Shown here: positions 36,635 to 42,036 of the stretch, piece by piece
How positions within the stretch are numbered: the stretch's first letter is position 1
How the letters are laid out: the number at the start of each line of letters is the position of its first letter
From: a virus
Lineage: Duplodnaviria > Heunggongvirae > Uroviricota > Caudoviricetes
DNA: 45,523 bases
IMG/VR virus record: IMGVR_UViG_3300042562_001169
Direction: 5' to 3' (one strand)
Notes under the pieces: model-generated
The model's database searches: none
The model's input: the letters and a program-made list of their open reading frames with translations, nothing else
What the model was told of the DNA's origin: nothing
Made by a program: the position numbers and the translations under genes

Positions 36635-36704
36635 GGTCTTGTTGGTCGTGGCGACCGGTTAGTCTGCAAAACTAACAGAGTGAGTTCGATTCTCACCGAG
36701 ACCT
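36635..36704 (+). tRNA. tRNA-Cys(GCA)
   Basis: GGTCTTG/CGAGACC, TTAGT-CTGCAAA-ACTAA, U73. Confidence 0.9.
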
Positions 36705-36708
36705 CAAA

Positions 36709-36860
36709 TAACATAATTGTTTAACCACGAAAATGGGCTTGAACAACCGAATGGAAGACGCGTTTCTTACTAGGGAGTAAAATAGAAAATTAGATTCGGA
36801 GGCATCCGGGTTGTGTGAAAAAGTAGGGAGCTCCCGGCAGGGACTAAAATAATTGTGTTA
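36709..36860 (+). ncRNA. Structured spacer RNA
   Basis: TAACATAATT/AATTGTGTTA closing; TTTCT..AGAAA, TACT/AGTA, TCGGA/TCCGG. Confidence 0.4.
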
Positions 36861-36866
36861 TTATAT

Positions 36867-36938
36867 ACGTCATTGGTGAAATGGTTATCATTTTAGTCTC
36901 CAAAACTAAAGTTTCAGATTCGAGTTCTGAATGGCGTG
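36867..36938 (+). tRNA. tRNA-Trp(CCA)
   Basis: ACGTCAT/ATGGCGT, TTAGT-CTCCAAA-ACTAA, G73. Confidence 0.9.
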
Positions 36939-37010
36939 CAAGAAGACGGAGAGTGAGTCAAGGGTAATTCCGTTATGGTTATCCCTCGAGGGTCTCTCCT
37001 GAAGAAATAT

Positions 37011-37084
37011 GGATTTTGAAGTACAATTGGACGTGCGACCGGTGTAAGACCGGGAGGATATAGGTTCGAATCCTATCATTATCC
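37011..37084 (+). tRNA. Atypical tRNA-like gene (loop TGTAAGA, G33; nominal TAA)
   Basis: GTAC/GTGC D-stem, CCGG/CCGG anticodon stem, ATAGG-TTCGAAT-CCTAT; weak acceptor. Confidence 0.5.
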
Positions 37085-37088
37085 CAAG

Positions 37089-37236
37089 AAACAGACCTAT
37101 AACTTACGTCAGTGGTAGTGTAGGGGTGAGGTTCGGAGTAATCAACCAAACCAAGAAACCGCCGAGGGTAAACACGAGTATGATGCTTGTCTAGTCCCCT
37201 AAGACTGAAATATCGGAGAATCCTCATTGTCTGTTT
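37089..37236 (+). ncRNA. Structured spacer RNA with pseudoknot potential
   Basis: AAACAGAC/GTCTGTTT; CAGT/ACTG, AGGGG/CCCCT, TGAGG/CCTCA, ACGAGTA/TGCTTGT. Confidence 0.4.
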
Positions 37237-37246
37237 TTTTAAAATA

Positions 37247-37443
37247 AAAAGTTTAACAACCGGGGTGTCCATACTCTAAAAAATTAATGGACTAGCGTGT
37301 TGATAGGGGTGACCTCCCAATAGTAGCACCGTAGTAATACGGTAAAGGATAGATAAGGACTAGTACGCCGGTGACGAACACGACGAATTCCGGAATTCCC
37401 ATTGTAGCCCGCTACGACCCGAGGGCGGGGTTGTTAAACTTTT
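37247..37443 (+). ncRNA. About 200-nt structured RNA closed by a perfect 15-bp stem
   Basis: AAAAGTTTAACAACC/GGTTGTTAAACTTTT; GTCCA/TGGAC, CGTGTT/AACACG, ACCGTA-GTAA-TACGGT. Confidence 0.6.
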
Positions 37444-37461
37444 TTCTTTATATTTATCAAT

Positions 37462-37806
37462 ATGAAAAACTTTAAATTTTTAATGGATAAACTCAAGGAC
37501 TATAATTTAGATTCTGAGGATTATGCGGTTTTTGGTTCCGCACCATTAGTAATCACCGGAATGATTAATGATGTTAATGACTTAGACGTAATTATACGTC
37601 CATCAAAATGGGAATTTAATGATGAAGGTGAATATAGAACCAAAGATATTGAATTTTTCAATAATTGGCCCGAATACGATATTGATGACTTAATTGATAA
37701 TCACTCATTCGTTTATAATGGGGTTCGATTCATAAATCCAAAGAAAGTTATTGAATATAAAAAATCCCTTAAAAGGAATAAAGATAAAAATATTTGGGAT
37801 AATTAA
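37462..37806 (+). CDS. Minimal nucleotidyltransferase-like protein (Pol-beta superfamily)
   Basis: YAVFGS...NDLDVII. Confidence 0.65.
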   Translation: MKNFKFLMDKLKDYNLDSEDYAVFGSAPLVITGMINDVNDLDVIIRPSKWEFNDEGEYRTKDIEFFNNWPEYDIDDLIDNHSFVYNGVRFINPKKVIEYKKSLKRNKDKNIWDN

Positions 37807-37878
37807 AATAAATCTTACCAATAATTGACTTTTTACAAAACTAACGTATATTTATTAGAAATTACAATAACACAACAA

Positions 37879-37953
37879 ATGCAAACTTTAAACATATTAC
37901 TTACGATAGCGGGAACTGAGGGTAGAGATACAACTTGGAAGCAGATGGTATGA
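37879..37953 (+). CDS. Leader peptide 2 of tRNA block 2: MQTLNILLTIAGTEGRDTTWKQMV
   Basis: 24-codon ORF; AGATGG (37943-48) complementary to the terminator 5' arm; TTG-N19-TATATTTA promoter-like element at 37825-37854. Confidence 0.75.
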   Translation: MQTLNILLTIAGTEGRDTTWKQMV

Positions 37954-37982
37954 TATATATTTAAGTAAAAAAAATATTCAAA

Positions 37983-38014
37983 AATCCATCTTCAAAAAAG
38001 GTGGATTTTTTTTT
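37983..38014 (+). terminator. Attenuator terminator upstream of tRNA block 2
   Basis: AATCCATCTT/AAGGTGGATT plus T-run. Confidence 0.9.
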
Positions 38015-38023
38015 GTCTTAAAG

Positions 38024-38054
38024 TTTGGTATATTGAAATAAAAGATTATCTTTG
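38024..38054 (+). promoter_or_regulatory. Bacteroidota-type promoter
   Basis: TTTG 38024-27, 19 nt, TATCTTTG 38047-54. Confidence 0.75.
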
Positions 38055-38075
38055 TAAGGAATTAAAAAACAAGAT

Positions 38076-38186
38076 ATGGACGATACAAGAGAAGAGTTGG
38101 TTATGGATTACTCACCAATATTAGGAGTAACCTACGGATTAAAAAATGTTTTGGTTGAGGATGATTCAACAGAAAAAGAAGAATAA
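38076..38186 (+). CDS. 36-aa hypothetical peptide
   Basis: MDDTREELVMDYSPILG...; lies between two near-identical promoters. Confidence 0.5.
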   Translation: MDDTREELVMDYSPILGVTYGLKNVLVEDDSTEKEE

Positions 38187-38202
38187 AAAAAAGATTAAAA
38201 AG

Positions 38203-38233
38203 TTTGGTATAATGAAATAAAGTATTATCTTTG
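38203..38233 (+). promoter_or_regulatory. Bacteroidota-type promoter upstream of tRNA-Glu (near-copy of 38024)
   Basis: TTTG 38203-06, 19 nt, TATCTTTG 38226-33. Confidence 0.75.
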
Positions 38234-38280
38234 TACCATCAAAATGAAACAAGTTAATTGACATATTGGTAATATAAAAC

Positions 38281-38352
38281 GGCCCTATCATCTATCGGTT
38301 AGGATATTTGGTTTTCATCCAAAAAAGTCGGGTTCGACTCCCGGTGGGGCTA
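38281..38352 (+). tRNA. tRNA-Glu(TTC)
   Basis: GGCCCTA/TGGGGCT, TTTGG-TTTTCAT-CCAAA. Confidence 0.92.
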
Positions 38353-38417
38353 CAAGGGTTATGAACAACGTGTCCCCTTAATTTCACAATGTTGACAATT
38401 CGGAAAGACGAGTAAAT

Positions 38418-38487
38418 GGGTCAGATGACAACGGCAGTTCAACTGATTTGCAATCAGATTGTTTGGGTTCGACTCCCACTGTATCCA
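38418..38487 (+). tRNA. tRNA-Ala(TGC), irregular acceptor stem
   Basis: CTGA-TTTGCAA-TCAG; G3.U70 wobble retained. Confidence 0.65.
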
Positions 38488-38587
38488 CAAAAAACAGAAA
38501 GACAGAATACGGGAAGTCACTACCCGGGAAACACGGTTCTTTCTCCTTCAATTGTTATAGGATAGTCACCTTTGAATTGAAAATTTT

Positions 38588-38659
38588 GGTCTATTTGTCT
38601 AACGGCTAGGATGCTACCCTGTCACGGTAGAGGCGAGAGTTCGATTCTCTCATAGACCG
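38588..38659 (+). tRNA. tRNA-Asp(GTC)
   Basis: GGTCTAT/ATAGACC, CTACC-CTGTCAC-GGTAG, G73. Confidence 0.93.
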
Positions 38660-38708
38660 CAAAACTCAAGATTAATTACCTTGAGAATGGAAGGTTCGAA
38701 ACTTCCGA

Positions 38709-38817
38709 TTGATTATAGTGTAATGGTGCACACCATCCCCCCAAAACAGGGTTCGAGTCCCTGGAACGTGGGCTTCTCAGGGGAAGGGAGATTAAGGTTC
38801 GAATCCTTACTAATCAG
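38709..38817 (+). tRNA. tRNA-like gene with a large insertion in the anticodon loop containing a second T-arm
   Basis: TTGATTA/TAATCAG, GTGT/GCAC, TAAGG-TTCGAAT-CCTTA; insert CAGGG-TTCGAGT-CCCTG. Confidence 0.55.
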
Positions 38818-38822
38818 CAAAT

Positions 38823-38892
38823 TGCGTTAAAGTGTAAAGGTTGCATCTAAGTCTCATAAGCTTGGGGGGTGGTTCGAGTCCACGTTACGCTA
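38823..38892 (+). tRNA. tRNA(CAT), Met-type
   Basis: TAAGT-CTCATAA-GCTTG; acceptor with mismatches. Confidence 0.75.
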
Positions 38893-38906
38893 CTAAGAAT
38901 AAACAT

Positions 38907-38979
38907 CGTGGGATAGAGCAGTTGGCAGCTCGTGTGGCTCATAACCATAAGGTCGGAGGTTCGAGTCCTCCTCCCGCTA
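38907..38979 (+). tRNA. tRNA-fMet(CAT) (initiator-like)
   Basis: C1 mismatched with T72, GAGC/GCTC D-stem, TGTGG-CTCATAA-CCATA. Confidence 0.85.
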
Positions 38980-39001
38980 CTAATTTAATAACTAAATCCG
39001 T

Positions 39002-39175
39002 ATGGCTACAGTAGCAAAAAGGTCAAGACAACAAAGAGTTCTTGAAATGTTGGAGAAACAATTAAAAAATGGTTTAAAAACCGAAAAAGGAACACGAGAT
39101 GTGAAGGTTCCATTAACTGATTCTGATAAGAAGAGAATCGTTAAAGAGATTGAGAATCTCAAAACAAAAGTATAA
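39002..39175 (+). CDS. Basic hypothetical protein (57 aa)
   Basis: MATVAKRSRQQRVLEMLEKQLK... Confidence 0.65.
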   Translation: MATVAKRSRQQRVLEMLEKQLKNGLKTEKGTRDVKVPLTDSDKKRIVKEIENLKTKV

Positions 39176-39224
39176 ACTTATAAGTTTAAAATTTAAATTT
39201 ATTTTCAAGGTATAAGTTTAAAAT

Positions 39225-39298
39225 GCGGGTATGGTGTTTAACGGCTAGCACGTGGGCCTTCCAAGTCTGAAGTTTCGGTTCGAATCCGAATATCCGCT
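39225..39298 (+). tRNA. tRNA-Gly(TCC)
   Basis: GCGGGTA/TATCCGC, TGGGC-CTTCCAA-GTCTG, U73. Confidence 0.92.
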
Positions 39299-39300
39299 CA

Positions 39301-39728
39301 AAAATAGTGAAAAAGTAATTATATGAAGTAACCTTCGGGGACACTGCCGGAACCCTTTAACACATAGGTAGGTGAAAAGTATGATGAAAGACAACGGCGC
39401 ACCGGTCAACCATCTGGGAGTAATTACCCATAACGGATGTGGAGATGAAGTCACAGCTCCTTAGGACCGCAATGGTGAAAAATTTGGTCGAACTATTTTA
39501 ATTTTTATATTCTGTTTGACGTTAGACAGTATGGTGCCCTGGATATCTCGGAAACACAAGTGGGGAAGGAAGTTACTCACCACATACAGAAAACATAGAT
39601 TCGTATGTCTAACGAAAGGTTAAGTGAAAAGGTCGGCATTCGTTCCAACGTTGCGACAGACTATAATAGGGGAGTGAAGGGGTTTGGGCCTTCACACTTA
39701 ATTACCAATCTATGTCGGTAACAGAATA
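39301..39728 (+). ncRNA. Large non-coding structured region (two domains of about 200 nt)
   Basis: AAAATAGT/ACTATTTT and TATTCTGTT/AACAGAATA closing stems; long-range GTTAGACA/TGTCTAAC and CATAGATT/AATCTATG. Confidence 0.6.
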
Positions 39729-39732
39729 AATT

Positions 39733-39804
39733 GGCTCCATCGTTCAACGGATAGGACATTTCTCTTCTAAGGAAATTATCGGGGTTCGAATCCCTGTGGA
39801 GTCA
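39733..39804 (+). tRNA. tRNA-Arg(TCT)
   Basis: GGCTCCA/TGGAGTC, TTTCT-CTTCTAA-GGAAA. Confidence 0.92.
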
Positions 39805-39812
39805 CAACAATT

Positions 39813-39885
39813 GCCTTGGTGGTGGAACGGTAGACACGGAAGTCTTAGGAACTTCATATTGAGGGTTCGATTCCCTCCTGAGGTA
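39813..39885 (+). tRNA. tRNA-Leu(TAG) with short variable loop
   Basis: GCCTTGG/CTGAGGT, GAAGT-CTTAGGA-ACTTC, variable region ATATT. Confidence 0.85.
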
Positions 39886-39890
39886 CAAAA

Positions 39891-40077
39891 TTTACGCATA
39901 GAAAGACAAACAAAATACAAGCCACAACAGTTAATGCACTACAATGTATTACAACACTATCAAGAAGTGTTATGTTTGTTGAGTAAGATAAAGAAAAACC
40001 TGGACGTGAGTTAGGTATGGATTAAGGTGAGAGTCGTAACCTCCATAGAATTATCCCCATCTTGAGGGATGTGTAAA
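39891..40077 (+). ncRNA. Repeated structured RNA motif, copy 2
   Basis: TTTACGCAT/ATGTGTAAA closing; core block shared with 36445-36625. Confidence 0.65.
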
Positions 40078-40081
40078 AATA

Positions 40082-40235
40082 TACATTATCATAACTCGGT
40101 GTGATACACCGCCAACTACCTCCTTAAACAACGTGGGAACTGCGGTTCTCCCAATGTGGCCGAAGTGATGATGTAAAAAGAAACAGAGAAAAATCTGGAC
40201 AGCGAAAGCAGGATAGACCTTGGACAGTTTCTTTT
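40082..40235 (+). ncRNA. Two further stem-closed spacer elements
   Basis: TACATTATCAT/GTGATGATGTA (40082-40175); AAAAGAAAC/GTTTCTTTT (40176-40235). Confidence 0.4.
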
Positions 40236-40288
40236 AGTAGTTTAAGAGACAGAGCTGACTTCTACTTTAAAAAAATGCTCTGCGACAG

Positions 40289-40361
40289 GCTGGTAAAACA
40301 TAAATGGTGATGTGCTTGTTTTGTACACAAGATAATAGGGTTCGATTCCTTATACCAGCTC
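40289..40361 (+). tRNA. tRNA-Thr(TGT)
   Basis: GCTGGTA/TACCAGC, CTTGT-TTTGTAC-ACAAG. Confidence 0.9.
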
Positions 40362-40426
40362 AATTTTTTTTATTGTTCGAATCTGACTTTTGACTCTTTT
40401 TGTGATATTTATAATAAAGAGAAGTT

Positions 40427-41140
40427 ATGAAAAAATGGACAGAAGAAGAATTTAATTTATCAGTGAATTACATAAATAATGGGTTGACTTATGATGAAAT
40501 TGCGGAATTCTTAAATAGAACTAAAAAATCGGTTAGAATAAAGTTAAATAAATTTGGTGTTTATGTTAAACCAAAAATTTATACTATTGAAAAAAAATGT
40601 ATTCATTGTAATAATGATTTTATATCGTTTATTAGTGAAGAAAGAAAATATTGTTCTCAGTCGTGTTCCGCAAAAGAAAATAATAAATTATATGTTAAAC
40701 GACAAAAAACCGAATTTAATGTAGAAGTTAAAAATCTGAATAAACAAATTAAAAATTGTTTGAATTGTGGGTGTGAAATTAATGATTCAACAAAAACATA
40801 TTGTAATCAAATTTGTTTTCACGAAAATCGTAAAAAAAATATTTTTAATTTAATCAATAATAATGATACTACATTAAATCCAAGACAATATAAAAAATAT
40901 CTTATTGAAAAATATGGTAATAAATGTATGGAATGTGGATGGGGTGAAAAAAACCCAAAAAGTAATACAATACCAATTGAGTTAGAACATATCGACGGAA
41001 ATGGGTCTAACAACACATTAAGTAATTTAAAATTATTATGTCCTAATTGTCATTCTTTAACTCCAACATATAAGGGGGCGAATAAAGGTAATGGAAGACA
41101 TAATAGAAGAGAAAGATACCAAGATGGTAAAAGTTATTAA
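40427..41140 (+). CDS. HTH-Zn finger-HNH homing endonuclease
   Basis: LTYDEIAEFLNRT..SV; CxxC..YCSxxC repeats; IELEHIDGN..NN.LSNL.LLCPNCH. Confidence 0.9.
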   Translation: MKKWTEEEFNLSVNYINNGLTYDEIAEFLNRTKKSVRIKLNKFGVYVKPKIYTIEKKCIHCNNDFISFISEERKYCSQSCSAKENNKLYVKRQKTEFNVEVKNLNKQIKNCLNCGCEINDSTKTYCNQICFHENRKKNIFNLINNNDTTLNPRQYKKYLIEKYGNKCMECGWGEKNPKSNTIPIELEHIDGNGSNNTLSNLKLLCPNCHSLTPTYKGANKGNGRHNRRERYQDGKSY

Positions 41141-41143
41141 AAT

Positions 41144-41223
41144 AGTTAGGTGGCGGAATTGGATAGACGCGGCCCCGTTGAGGGGTTTAACCGGAATTAC
41201 AGGTTCGAGTCCTGTCCTGACTA
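41144..41223 (+). tRNA. tRNA-like gene paralogous to 32776, non-canonical anticodon arm
   Basis: AGTTAGG/CCTGACT, GCCCC-GTTGA-GGGGT (5-nt loop), ACAGG-TTCGAGT-CCTGT. Confidence 0.6.
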
Positions 41224-41227
41224 CAAT

Positions 41228-41430
41228 TGAGATAGAGATACTCAATAGATTTGGCATCGTTTCTTAAACAAAGATGTAGCTGACGCCTCAAACGGTTTTA
41301 CAGAGGGGGTCTTAGGGTTAATAGGGAGCCTACCAACTCACCTCCTAGTAATGGTTGACTTTTTAAGTGGTAAGACACGTAGGGTTTTTGAATAGGAAAA
41401 ACTAAGAATATCTACACCAAAATAATCTCA
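41228..41430 (+). ncRNA. About 200-nt structured spacer RNA
   Basis: TGAGAT/ATCTCA, TTTGG/CCAAA, GTCTTA/TAAGAC, TAGG(G)AG/CTCCTA, GTTTTT/AAAAAC. Confidence 0.45.
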
Positions 41431-41443
41431 TTGGTGGAAAAAT

Positions 41444-41516
41444 GTCCTCGTGGTGAAACGGTAAACACAACGGTTTTAAGCATCGTAAGCTGTAGGTTCG
41501 ACTCCTACCGGGGATA
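41444..41516 (+). tRNA. tRNA-Leu(TAA) with short variable loop
   Basis: GTCCTCG/CGGGGAT, ACGGT-TTTAAGC-ATCGT, variable region AAGCT. Confidence 0.85.
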
Positions 41517-41582
41517 CTAATATTTAATATTATGAAAAACAACCAACCCAACTCCACTTAGTTTTAGCTATTAGCTAAAATT

Positions 41583-41813
41583 ATGACTCAGAAATTGAGA
41601 ATTTGGAGAGTAGTACCCGTTAGTAACGGTGTTCAGGCTCCCACTTTTTTCGTAGAAACTACGGAAGAAGGACGTGAGAAGGCAGAGGAATCTGCGATTA
41701 AACAAGCACGAATTAAATCGGGCTTAGGAAAGTTCAAACAATGGAACTTTAGATTGGAGAAACTCTCTGTGAGGGTTGATAAATTTGGTAGGTATGTGAA
41801 ACACCACCAATAA
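41583..41813 (+). CDS. Hypothetical protein
   Basis: 76 aa ORF. Confidence 0.65.
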   Translation: MTQKLRIWRVVPVSNGVQAPTFFVETTEEGREKAEESAIKQARIKSGLGKFKQWNFRLEKLSVRVDKFGRYVKHHQ

Positions 41814-41852
41814 GTTGACATATGTTTGTGGGTTCATTAAAAACCCATAATT

Positions 41853-41924
41853 GGTCTCGTAGCTCAAAGGTGGAGCAGTTCGCTCATAACGAAAAGGATG
41901 GGATATCGTGATTCCCCGAGACCA
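41853..41924 (+). tRNA. tRNA(CAT), probable Ile2 (lysidine type), atypical T-loop ATCGTGA
   Basis: GGTCTCG/CGAGACC fully paired, TTCG-CTCATAA-CGAA; the Ile2 call is an inference. Confidence 0.75.
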
Positions 41925-42036
41925 CAGCGGATATTTGAGTGTAAGCAAGTACAATATCTATCGTTAGACCCTTACAGGTGATGAACGGTGGTCTTAGGGT
42001 CATTCCTAAGTGTAGATACCAGTTAACTCTACATAG

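Noticed and set aside
37462-37806. CCA-adding enzyme
   Set aside because: At 114 aa it is too short and lacks the body and tail domains. Reported only as a minimal nucleotidyltransferase.
39640-39715. Group I intron (ACAGACTA resembles the R element)
   Set aside because: No matching S element (TAGTC), no P/Q elements, and no interrupted exon.
31950-41954. ORF-track entries overlapping tRNAs or structured RNAs (31950-, 33564-, 34576 5' part, 36979-, 39245-, 39796+, 41057-, 41724-)
   Set aside because: They are translations of RNA genes or their antisense strands.
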